Virus record (IMG/VR): IMGVR_UViG_3300048599_000874
Span: 1 to 25,255 of that record
Strand: one strand, 5' to 3'
DNA length: 25,255 nucleotides
Source: a virus
Lineage: Duplodnaviria > Caudoviricetes
In this document: positions 1 to 7,783 of the stretch, piece after piece
How the letters are laid out: every line of letters begins with the position of its first letter
Position numbering within the stretch: the stretch's first letter is position 1
Notes under the pieces: generated by a model
Told to the model about the DNA's origin: nothing
Databases searched by the model: none
Seen by the model: the letters and a program-made list of their open reading frames with translations, nothing else
Program-made: the position numbers and the translations under genes

Positions 1-981
1 TCAACGATATCGGATTAAGCGAGGTTGTTTGTGGAGGGGGGAGTAGGTATCGTGCATGGACTGGAGAGTGTCGTCGTCGAGGGTGCCGTAGATGTCAGCG
101 GTGACCTGGACTGAAGAATGGCCAAGGATTTGGGCAAGGGTCTGAAGAGGTAGGCCTTGCCTGGTCATACCGCGGGCGGCTCCGTGTCGCCAGGAATGGG
201 GGTTCCATTTGAGGTTTTCGACGCCAATGCTTTTTGCGTAGCGTTCAATCATGCGATAAATTCCCTCTGAACTGAGGGGCCGCCAACCATCGTTGGACTT
301 TCGCCCGCCATGTTTGTATCCGATAAAGACCCGGGAGCATCCAGGAAGATCGGGGCGGTTGATGAGCCAGACAGATAATGCATAAGCGGTCTCGTCTCCG
401 AAGAAGACGGGGCGGCCTTTATTTTGTCCCCCTAATCCCTTTTCAAAAACATATGCACGGTGATGGTCAAGATCCAGGCGGTCCAGGGTCAGGCCGGAGA
501 TTCCGCCCAGGCGGCAGGCTGTATCTGCAAGGAATAGCAGGATGGCGTAATCCCTGGGGTTATCTGCTGCGGCGGCGATGAGTTTGTCGCGCGCTTCTTC
601 AGGAATGCCGGTTTTCCTCTTCCTGGTTTTGGGGGGCAGTTCGAACCGCACGGCCGGATTCGATAGGATGAGCTCTGACTCATAAAGCCATTTGAAGAAG
701 GATCTTGCAGCGCGCACATAACCCCGTAAAGTCTCCGGACTCACAGGGCCGTCTTGAGGTTGTTTGTTCGGATGGTGTTGATAGTGCGTATTTGATGTAC
801 TGATCTGTGCGCGCCAGGCATTAAGGTGGAAGATCGTGCATTTTTCAATTTCGATAACCTGGTGATTAATTAAAAAATCAACCAGGGGGGAAAGTTTGGA
901 ATCATACCACTTTACTGTGGCAGGCGACTTTGCCCCTGTCTTACTGTCCAAAAAATATAGATAGGCTTGCTTGGTCAGCAT
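1..981 (-). CDS. Tyrosine recombinase / phage integrase (XerC/D-like) with N-terminal SAM-like domain
   Basis: Catalytic set: TACRLGGI (R), HSWRH (HxxR), LGHSS (H), DIYG (Y). The N-terminal region has a typical TLRGYVRAARSFFKWL helix. Confidence 0.95.
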   Translation of the reverse strand: MLTKQAYLYFLDSKTGAKSPATVKWYDSKLSPLVDFLINHQVIEIEKCTIFHLNAWRAQISTSNTHYQHHPNKQPQDGPVSPETLRGYVRAARSFFKWLYESELILSNPAVRFELPPKTRKRKTGIPEEARDKLIAAAADNPRDYAILLFLADTACRLGGISGLTLDRLDLDHHRAYVFEKGLGGQNKGRPVFFGDETAYALSVWLINRPDLPGCSRVFIGYKHGGRKSNDGWRPLSSEGIYRMIERYAKSIGVENLKWNPHSWRHGAARGMTRQGLPLQTLAQILGHSSVQVTADIYGTLDDDTLQSMHDTYSPLHKQPRLIRYR

Positions 982-1003
982 TTTCTAACCTCGGAGTGTG
1001 ATG

Positions 1004-1157
1004 TGGCCGTTATGGAGATTAAAAACGGCCAAGTCTCAGCCGCATAAGCGGGAGATGGCCGCATAAAGCCTCTCAGATTTTAACCGGTCGGTGCCTGGAA
1101 GCTCGCGACCGGTGTCGTACCCGGTGGCGCGCAGCAGCTCCGAATCTGCTGCGCGCC
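1004..1157. promoter_or_regulatory. Four consecutive hairpins in the int/parA divergent intergenic region
   Basis: TGGCCGTT(1004-1011)/AACGGCCA(1024-1031); TCTCagCCGC-ataa-GCGG-GAGA (1034-1055); ACCGGTCG(1083-1090)/CGACCGGT(1106-1113); GGCGCGCAGCAG(1126-1137)/CTGCTGCGCGCC(1146-1157). Confidence 0.5.
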
Positions 1158-1186
1158 CAAATTCGATTATAGCAAAAAGGAGGAAT

Positions 1187-2002
1187 ATGACAAATGTTCT
1201 AGTGGCAATTGCTAACCAGAAAGGGGGAGTCGGTAAGACTGTCACAGCGGTGAGCCTGGCGCATGGCGCTGCACTGCTGGGGCTACGGGTGCTGTTGGTG
1301 GATTTGGACCCGCAAGGGAATGTGGCGGACTCGCTCGGAGTCGACGAGGGGAATGACCTGGCTCCCCTGCTCAACGGGCAGCGCTTTGAGCGCTGCCGGG
1401 TGCCGGCACGGAAGGGTCTGGATGTGGTGCGGTCCGATAAGGAGACGGCGACGCTGAAGAATGTGATCGCCGGCCGGGATTATCGGGAGATGGTGCTGGT
1501 GGATGCGCTGACGGTGGTGGCCGGGTATGACCTGGTGCTGTTTGACTGCGCGCCTTCGTTGGATGTGCTGCACCGGGCAGCGCTGACGGCGGCGACTCAC
1601 TTGATTGTGCCGACACGGCTGGACCAGTTTGCGGTCAAGGGCGTGGTGGAAATTTTACGAACAACAGCCGAAATCAACCGGCGGGGAGGTGCATGTACAT
1701 TAGCTGGGATTGTTCCAACGTTTTATGACCGGACGACTGCGGAGACGCAACGCCAATTAGAAAACCTGGCGGGGGCGTTTGGTCCGCAGTTGTGGCCGAT
1801 GATCCCGGTGGATAACCAGGTGCGCAATGCGAACCGGGAAGGAAAGAGTATTTGGGAGTTCAACGGGAAGGCAAGAAGTGTCATCGGAATTGAGGGCATG
1901 GGCGGCGGGTATCAGGCCGTGCTCAATCGGCTGATGGGTTTGGTTAAAAGCACCGACCGGGTCCGATCCACCCGGTCGATCACAACAGAAAAGAAAGGAT
2001 GA
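1187..2002 (+). CDS. parA: ParA/Soj-family partition ATPase
   Basis: Deviant Walker A NQKGGVGKT, VDLDPQGN, Walker B LFDCAPS. Strong RBS AAGGAGG before ATG 1187; the 1091 start in the ORF track is an unlikely extension. Confidence 0.93.
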   Translation: MTNVLVAIANQKGGVGKTVTAVSLAHGAALLGLRVLLVDLDPQGNVADSLGVDEGNDLAPLLNGQRFERCRVPARKGLDVVRSDKETATLKNVIAGRDYREMVLVDALTVVAGYDLVLFDCAPSLDVLHRAALTAATHLIVPTRLDQFAVKGVVEILRTTAEINRRGGACTLAGIVPTFYDRTTAETQRQLENLAGAFGPQLWPMIPVDNQVRNANREGKSIWEFNGKARSVIGIEGMGGGYQAVLNRLMGLVKSTDRVRSTRSITTEKKG

Positions 2003-2006
2003 TGAA

Positions 2007-2246
2007 ATGGCAACGCAAAGCTTTTCTATTCAGAGCGAATCTATGATAAGCCGGTTACAGGGGGTTGTCAACGAGATCCGGGACGTTTATGGCGAACATT
2101 TGTGCGAGTCTACGGGTCCGCTGGGTTTTGTGATTTATGACGTGCTGTCGGCGGTAGGAATGCCGCTGGTGGAGATCCGCGCGGTGTTGGGGCCGGATGC
2201 GGACGTGATCGACGATGGCGAGGACCGGGATGCAGCGGAAGGATAG
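2007..2246 (+). CDS. Hypothetical protein (79 aa)
   Basis: RBS AAAGGA; tightly packed between parA and the next ORF; no recognised motif. Confidence 0.65.
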   Translation: MATQSFSIQSESMISRLQGVVNEIRDVYGEHLCESTGPLGFVIYDVLSAVGMPLVEIRAVLGPDADVIDDGEDRDAAEG

Positions 2247-2595
2247 CGGGTTGATTGACCTGGGCGGTATGCTGGACCCAGACGTGGCGGCCGCCATCGG
2301 GCAGGGTCGGCAGCGGCAGGAGATCCGGCAGCGCACCAAAGCGCAGGAGACGCATGCCGAGAAAGATGCTGCGCGGAACCGGCGGATGATTGATCTGGAT
2401 CCGGATCTGGAGCGGCGGCTGGAGTCGATGGCGGGTGACCTGATGGTGCCGGTATCTTCGCTGATCGGTTGGCTGTTGGAAAACGCATTGGCAGAGGTCG
2501 ACTTGAACTGTATCACAGATGATCGGGTCCCAAGCCGGTCGATGCGTTTTCAGTATATTTTGCGGTATCAGAAAAAACGTAAGTCTAAAAAATAA
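2215..2595 (+). CDS. Putative ribbon-helix-helix DNA-binding protein (ParG/CopG-like ParA partner)
   Basis: Flexible/charged N-terminus, then MIDLDPDLERRLESMAGDLMVPVSSLIGWLLENAL, a beta-alpha-alpha pattern. Lies downstream of parA. Start may be 2230. Confidence 0.6.
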   Translation: MARTGMQRKDSGLIDLGGMLDPDVAAAIGQGRQRQEIRQRTKAQETHAEKDAARNRRMIDLDPDLERRLESMAGDLMVPVSSLIGWLLENALAEVDLNCITDDRVPSRSMRFQYILRYQKKRKSKK

Positions 2596-2602
2596 TGGTG
2601 TC

Positions 2603-2689
2603 GTTCAACGGTTGCATTCAACGGTTGCGTTATTGGTTGCGCTGATGGGTGCGTTTAGGGGCTGCGTTGACGGTTGCCCTAGCCCGTGC
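2603..2689 (+). repeat. Seven degenerate 12-13-bp tandem repeats ending in (GGT)TGC; parS/parC-like centromere candidate
   Basis: GTTCAACGGTTGC, ATTCAACGGTTGC, GTTATTGGTTGC, GCTGATGGGTGC, GTTTAGGGGCTGC, GTTGACGGTTGC, CCTAGCCCGTGC, immediately after the RHH gene stop. Confidence 0.6.
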
Positions 2690-2718
2690 AAAACGGGCCA
2701 GGACGAAAAATAATTTCA

Positions 2719-2759
2719 TGGAGGGAGTGGTAAGCGCATTGATGCTACTGCTCCCTCCA
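2719..2759 (+). promoter_or_regulatory. Long hairpin just upstream of the rep RBS
   Basis: TGGAGGGAGTGGTA...TACTGCTCCCTCCA (9 perfect bp plus G-U pairs, inner GCAT/ATGC). Confidence 0.5.
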
Positions 2760-2780
2760 CAACAGGAAAGAGGGTACATT

Positions 2781-3671
2781 ATGACTTCATTCGAAAATCC
2801 TCTTCAGACTTTAAGAGCGCTGAAAGGCTGTCCGATATCGGTGCTGCTGGCGCTGATCGTGGCGCGCAATTTGCAAGTGGCACCTATTGGACAAGAATGG
2901 ATTGAGCGGGCTACGGGGTACACGGATAAGCCGGTCAGCCAGGCGTTGACATTGTTAGAAGATTATGGCCTGGTGACCCGAACCAGCCGGTATGGCTGGC
3001 AGCTCACCGGCGCAGCGCTGGCGCTGCCATTAATGGCGACCGCGGCGCTGCCGACAATGGCGGAAAAGTCTGAAGCGGATGGATCTGATGAGGGGAGTCG
3101 GAAAGATTCCGACTCGGAGAATATCCGAGTCCCTAGATCTAGTAGTATTAAACAAGACTCTATAACTAGAAAAGATCTACCACTAGAATCTAGCGACCCG
3201 GAAAATCTCCGAAACCTGGCGGAATGCGACCAGGAGGGCATCCGGGAACCGGCGCGGTCGGAGATCTCAAAACAGGCCGGGGTGACGCCGGAGGTGATCC
3301 GGTATCACTGCCGGACGAGTCAGACCTTGGGTCAGGCAATCTGGCGAATTAAGCATAACTGGCCAATACGAGAACAGATTGAACTAGATTTCGAGGATGA
3401 TCCGCCGGAGCCGATCCGCGTTGCGAGTGAAGACCAGGCGTATTTCGGGGAGGCGGTCAGCGCAATCCAGGGCAATTTTGCCGCCGCAGAGTATAAAACC
3501 TGGGTAGAATCGTGCCTGTTACTGTCGGTCGAGGATGACGTGTATACTGTCGGGACCGGGAACCGGGTTGGCCTGGACTGGTTGGAGCGCCACGAGGTTG
3601 GGGCGATGCTGTCGGCGGTGTTGGGTGATATCACTCAGCGCCCCATTGCTGTACAATTTGTGATTGCATAA
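2781..3671 (+). CDS. Replication initiator: N-terminal wHTH, C-terminal DnaA N-terminal (domain I)-like domain
   Basis: wHTH-like IGQEWIERATGYTDKPVSQALTLLEDYGLV; low-complexity linker carrying DNA repeats; C-terminal EYKTWVESCLLLSVEDDVYTVGTGNRVGLDWLE resembles DnaA_N. RBS GGAAAGAGG before ATG 2781. Confidence 0.75.
   Translation: MTSFENPLQTLRALKGCPISVLLALIVARNLQVAPIGQEWIERATGYTDKPVSQALTLLEDYGLVTRTSRYGWQLTGAALALPLMATAALPTMAEKSEADGSDEGSRKDSDSENIRVPRSSSIKQDSITRKDLPLESSDPENLRNLAECDQEGIREPARSEISKQAGVTPEVIRYHCRTSQTLGQAIWRIKHNWPIREQIELDFEDDPPEPIRVASEDQAYFGEAVSAIQGNFAAAEYKTWVESCLLLSVEDDVYTVGTGNRVGLDWLERHEVGAMLSAVLGDITQRPIAVQFVIA
3095..3211. repeat. Putative replication origin inside rep: three CGGA-N5-TCCG palindromes plus CTAG-rich, AT-rich spacer
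   Basis: GAGTCGGA-aagat-TCCGACTC (3095-3115), GACTCGGA-gaata-TCCGAGTC (3111-3131), CGGA-aaatc-TCCG (3199-3211); CTAGATCTAG, CTAGAAAAGATCTA and CTAGAATCTAG between them. Confidence 0.65.
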
Positions 3672-3680
3672 GGAGGTCGA

Positions 3681-3995
3681 ATGGCCATGGATGATGGTTT
3701 GCCCGATTATGACTATGGGAGCTGCTGCGCGTGTGGAAAGTATAACAACCCAAGGAACATCATTACCCTGAGCGTTAAAGCGCCGGTGCCGGGCAGCGGC
3801 TGGGGGTGCATGCAGTGTATGATGCCGATGGATGGCGCGGTGGCAATCATCTGCGACGAGTGTAAGGAATCTCAGGCAGAAATCCAATGGGTGGTGTATG
3901 ACAAAATCTGGCTGAATGAGCGGGTGCTGCTGAGCACCTGCACAGAGCCGTTTGAGCATAATGTGAGGTATCACCCGGAGCTGAACTTGAATTAG
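3681..3995 (+). CDS. Cys-rich putative zinc-binding protein
   Basis: CCAC, CMQC and CDEC motifs; RBS AAGGAGGT. Confidence 0.75.
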   Translation: MAMDDGLPDYDYGSCCACGKYNNPRNIITLSVKAPVPGSGWGCMQCMMPMDGAVAIICDECKESQAEIQWVVYDKIWLNERVLLSTCTEPFEHNVRYHPELNLN

Positions 3996-4003
3996 GGGGT
4001 GCG

Positions 4004-4195
4004 ATGGCAATCTCTGAGGAATTGAAAAGGAATCTTGAAGAGATGGCGAAGCTGCCGGACGGGAAGCGTTATGAGGTGTACGTGGACCTGGCGAAGCGGG
4101 GGTTTCTGGTGACGATTAACCTTTCCAGCAGCGAGGATGTGACTTTACACGAGGTCGTGGATATCAAGACGAAAGAGGATTTACAAGTACCTTAG
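4004..4195 (+). CDS. Hypothetical protein (63 aa)
   Basis: RBS AGGGGGT; last gene before a terminator. Confidence 0.65.
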   Translation: MAISEELKRNLEEMAKLPDGKRYEVYVDLAKRGFLVTINLSSSEDVTLHEVVDIKTKEDLQVP

Positions 4196-4213
4196 CCGTT
4201 TCTCGCGGCGTTG

Positions 4214-4245
4214 AAGCCCCGGTCTCCCCTGGCCGGGGCTTTTTG
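4214..4245 (+). terminator. Intrinsic terminator of the par/rep operon
   Basis: AAGCCCCGG...CCGGGGCTT followed by a T-run. Confidence 0.85.
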
Positions 4246-4383
4246 ATTTCTAGAATTCAGTTATTTCTTTTTTGCCCTTTCGTGCAATAATCAATTAACC
4301 TCGATTTTCAGAATATTGAAGAATATTTTTCCAGAGTTTCCGCCATTTTTTCCAAAGAGCCCAAATTATTCTTAGGAGAAACT

Positions 4384-4641
4384 ATGATAAACCAAGACGA
4401 AATAAAAAACGTACTCCAGACCTATATTGAGAATTCCGATCACCCAATAAAGATTGGTGAACTATTAATACCCGCCTCAACAATTATGGGAACCTTTCCA
4501 CAAAAGGTGGACAAGTGGCTTATTTACAATTTATTGTGTGAACTAGAAAAAGAAGGAAAGATAAAAAACAAGAATCCCCTTCCAACGAACAACATAATCA
4601 TGAATATGAAAGCTTCTGAATGGATTAAGGTAGAAAGCTAA
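4384..4641 (+). CDS. Small low-GC hypothetical protein, possibly winged helix (moron)
   Basis: RBS AGGAG; AT-rich; IYNLLCELEKEGKIK is wHTH-like; flanked by terminators. Confidence 0.65.
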   Translation: MINQDEIKNVLQTYIENSDHPIKIGELLIPASTIMGTFPQKVDKWLIYNLLCELEKEGKIKNKNPLPTNNIIMNMKASEWIKVES

Positions 4642-4692
4642 TTTTTTTGACTTCATTTATCATAAAGAGATGCAATCCTAAACCTATCAATA

Positions 4693-4730
4693 ATCATAAG
4701 CCCCGGTTATCTGAAACCGGGGCTTATGAT
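4693..4730. terminator. Bidirectional terminator between convergent morons
   Basis: 16-bp perfect inverted repeat ATCATAAGCCCCGGTT/AACCGGGGCTTATGAT. Confidence 0.8.
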
Positions 4731-4748
4731 GTTAATTGATTTTATTTA

Positions 4749-6848
4749 TCAGCCAAGAATTACTTGGAATATTTGCTGCCATCTTTTTACATCATCAGAA
4801 TCCGCTTTGACTTGATCGACATCTCGGAGCATTTTAACTTTAACAGCCCGGGATAATTCCACCTTCCATCCCTCAGATAGCTCAATACCCTTAGAGCTTG
4901 CAAAGGTTTCTACTTGCGAGACAAAAGGCACATTATGGACCAGTCCTTCAAGAAAATCATCATCGTCTGATCTGAACAATATTTTTGCTGCGACCTTACT
5001 AATAAGTTCAAAGGGCAACAAATCTTCTATTTCTGCATTTTGGAAAGTCACATAATCAGAAACAGAAATTATTCTTTCTTTACAACCCGAGTACGATTGA
5101 CCCTTTAAATTACTTGCTAACGTCCGTCCTTGTTGATCCGAATCAAGAATTACAAAGGGTAAATCATCATTGATTCCTGTTACGATGGGGATAGTAGCAT
5201 TAATTCCTTTCACTCCACCTGCAGCAATAAAAACTATATCTTTTAATGGTTTTATTAATCCATTTCCGATTAAATAGTTTTTTATTGCGCTGAAATAGAA
5301 TTGATCAGATGGTCCTTCAACAAAAACAACTATACAACCTTGCAGCAAAATGTCCGAAACAGTTAAACCAAGAGCTGCATAAACTGCCTGAATGGATCTT
5401 GCCTGAGATGTATTGTTTTTCTCTCTTATTCGTAAATCCTGTGATACTTTTGTTGTCCCATCTTTATCAATATAAACGGATTTAACTCTATCTAAATGAT
5501 TAGAGTCAACCATGAATGGAGAATGAGAGGTGTAAAGTAGTTGATTGGTTTCTGCCAGATTCTCAAAAAATTTAGATAAATCTTTTTGAGCTAGAGGATG
5601 AAGTGATAAACCCGGTTCATCAAGCAATAATATCGTGTTTTCATATTCACCTTTATTCTCAACAAGAAACACTAAATAAAAGCTCAAGAACCATTGTAAG
5701 CCACTGCTTCGCAACTCCAATTCAATTGGTTCTGGCCGAACACTGTCTGTAACGGTAATGGTAAAAATATTACCATCGGCATTAAAATGGAATTGGTAAT
5801 CTCCTTGTTTCCACCAATCTCTAAACTCAAATGTTAATTTGGATCCAGCAGATTGCAAAAGAATCATTCTCTCCTTCTTTTGCTCAGTCACTCTTTTTAT
5901 TTCCTCATCTGAAACTTCATGCTTAGAGGTATCAATACCTAATTCTAAGATTTCTTTAGGTTGCAATCCAACAAATTTGAATAGGACTTTTAAAGTCCTA
6001 ACCTTGGCCTGTTCCTTCTGGCCTAGATTAGTACGATCAAGATTCTCGATAACATGAGGTAAATAAATTTCAGAGTCTAAATTTCCATAGTAGGAGTAAT
6101 AAACAAACATCGGCATCTTTTCACAAATAAAATCACAAGCCGATTGTAGACTACTGGGAAGGGGTTTACTGATTCGCTTATCTATCTCTTTTAACTCATT
6201 GATCAATTCATTTAAGCGAGGGACTATCATGCTATTTCTTGATGCTTTTGACTGATCAATCGATTCAAGTTTAGAGATAACAGCCTGTAGATTTGAAATA
6301 TCAACGTTCTTATCCGATTTATCAAGAATCATTTCAAGAGCACTACTTGATTCTTTTATGACATTTTCTTTAAATGTCTCCTCCATTTTTATAGTAGTTT
6401 GAACATTGTTAAATGTGTCTATTGCAGTTTTCAAAGCTTTCCCGATGTTTTCATTAAGCTCTGTGGAAGAAGCTGATTCTTTTGGAAAAGAAACAAAAAA
6501 GTGTCCAGTAAAATCCTTTTTAATTATGACAGTATCAAGTTGATCTTCAGGAAATCCTGTAATTTCTTTCAACTTTTGGATTATTGAGTCTTCAAGACTA
6601 AACTCAGCTTCAATAAAAACAGGCTTTACAGGAGTATCACGAAATTCGCCATACAACTTTCGAGGATAATCAGCAATCGCGTTTATTTCGCCACCTTCAC
6701 CAGCCGGGTTTAATTTCCAAAGCGGCAGTAAGAGGTTAGTTTTTCCAGCCTCGTTAGTTCCAATTAAAGCTGTAATGTCCCCAATTTCAACCCATCCGCT
6801 ATCAGCCACAGAACGGAAATTTGTTACACGGAACTTTTGTAGTTTCAT
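4749..6848 (-). CDS. OLD-family ATP-dependent nuclease (ABC-type ATPase + TOPRIM); probable anti-phage moron
   Basis: NFRSV start motif, Walker A GTNEAGKT, signature RSSGLQW, Walker B LLLDEPGLSLHP, H-loop TSHSPFM, TOPRIM VEGPSD and DSD, EIEDL. Much lower GC than the flanks. Confidence 0.88.
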   Translation of the reverse strand: MKLQKFRVTNFRSVADSGWVEIGDITALIGTNEAGKTNLLLPLWKLNPAGEGGEINAIADYPRKLYGEFRDTPVKPVFIEAEFSLEDSIIQKLKEITGFPEDQLDTVIIKKDFTGHFFVSFPKESASSTELNENIGKALKTAIDTFNNVQTTIKMEETFKENVIKESSSALEMILDKSDKNVDISNLQAVISKLESIDQSKASRNSMIVPRLNELINELKEIDKRISKPLPSSLQSACDFICEKMPMFVYYSYYGNLDSEIYLPHVIENLDRTNLGQKEQAKVRTLKVLFKFVGLQPKEILELGIDTSKHEVSDEEIKRVTEQKKERMILLQSAGSKLTFEFRDWWKQGDYQFHFNADGNIFTITVTDSVRPEPIELELRSSGLQWFLSFYLVFLVENKGEYENTILLLDEPGLSLHPLAQKDLSKFFENLAETNQLLYTSHSPFMVDSNHLDRVKSVYIDKDGTTKVSQDLRIREKNNTSQARSIQAVYAALGLTVSDILLQGCIVVFVEGPSDQFYFSAIKNYLIGNGLIKPLKDIVFIAAGGVKGINATIPIVTGINDDLPFVILDSDQQGRTLASNLKGQSYSGCKERIISVSDYVTFQNAEIEDLLPFELISKVAAKILFRSDDDDFLEGLVHNVPFVSQVETFASSKGIELSEGWKVELSRAVKVKMLRDVDQVKADSDDVKRWQQIFQVILG

Positions 6849-6886
6849 ATATATCCCCCTTAAATTTTTTTTGAAAGGATAAAAAA

Positions 6887-6895
6887 ATTATAGCA
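6887..6895 (-). promoter_or_regulatory. Extended -10 promoter for the OLD-family gene
   Basis: TGCTATAAT on the minus strand ~40 nt upstream of ATG 6848. Confidence 0.55.
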
Positions 6896-6953
6896 CGGCT
6901 AAATGTCAGTAACACCAACTTTTAATAAGGGCAAATTTTTTGATTCTTCAGTA

Positions 6954-6992
6954 CATTAGTTCGCCTTAATTTTAAAATAAGGCGAACTAATG
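6954..6992 (-). terminator. Hairpin/terminator ending the leftward structural operon
   Basis: 15-bp perfect inverted repeat CATTAGTTCGCCTTA/TAAGGCGAACTAATG just past stop 6999. Confidence 0.7.
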
Positions 6993-6998
6993 CTTCTC

Positions 6999-7721
6999 TC
7001 AATCAGTTTTCCACGTCCCCCAGGGAGCCTTGGAAGTGTTGTGGAGGCCGGCCAGGCGGGCGGCTTCGGCGGTGCGGTCAGCGGCAGCCTGTTGGGCGGC
7101 AGCGGCGGCGCGGGTTTCCTGGCCAGTGGCGGCGGCAGTCTGGGCGTCAGTCAGATCGGCCTGGGCGTGGATGAGTGCAGCCTGGGCTTGCGCCTGGGTG
7201 GCCTGCGCGCTGGCCAGGGATGCCTGAGCCTGAGTTTGTGTGGCTTGGGCGTTGGCAAGGGCGGCCTGAGCGGTCAGCAGGGCAACTTGGGCAGCGGTTA
7301 GGGTGGAGTCGTTCCCGCCACCGGAGTCTACGGCCGCGCCTAAATATTTGGGGAAGAGGATACCCAGGGAGACCTTAAATTCCTTCAGACGACTATTTCC
7401 CCAGGCGACCAGCACAGCGGATTCGCTGTTCAAATCGTACGAAACGGAGCGGTCAAGGGCGCGCGAGAGGGCACAGTAGGCGGCGGCTCCCAGCGTCACC
7501 AGGCTTTCATGCAGCTCAGGCAGCAGAGTAATTGACGCACCGTCCAGGCCATTGATGGATCCAAGATCCTGGTACGGGTCCTGGAGCTGTTGGGCCAGGT
7601 TGTATTCCCCGAGCGCCAGGCGCAGCCCTTCGGTAAGAGCGTCATCGGACCAGACGAGACTGCCGGTGTCCATGAGTAGGGTTTGCATGCGGGTGATGTA
7701 GGTGGTCAAGTTGCTTGTCAT
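6999..7721 (-). CDS. Putative head-tail adaptor-like virion protein with Ala/Gln heptad C-terminal extension
   Basis: RBS AAGGAG before ATG 7721. N-terminal LLMDTGSLVWSDDALTEGLRLALGEYN and LPELHESLVTLGAAAY resemble helical phage adaptors. AQA heptad repeats at the C-terminus. Confidence 0.5.
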   Translation of the reverse strand: MTSNLTTYITRMQTLLMDTGSLVWSDDALTEGLRLALGEYNLAQQLQDPYQDLGSINGLDGASITLLPELHESLVTLGAAAYCALSRALDRSVSYDLNSESAVLVAWGNSRLKEFKVSLGILFPKYLGAAVDSGGGNDSTLTAAQVALLTAQAALANAQATQTQAQASLASAQATQAQAQAALIHAQADLTDAQTAAATGQETRAAAAAQQAAADRTAEAARLAGLHNTSKAPWGTWKTD

Positions 7722-7783
7722 AAGAATCTCCTTTGTTGGTGTCAGCGATCGCGACCAGGTTGGCCACCGGTGACACCAGTTGG

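Noticed and set aside
1004-1157. tRNA or att-site tRNA fragment
   Set aside because: No cloverleaf, T-loop GTTCRA or CCA end recognisable.
4749-6848. Gabija system
   Set aside because: No adjacent UvrD-like GajB gene; called a stand-alone OLD-family nuclease instead.
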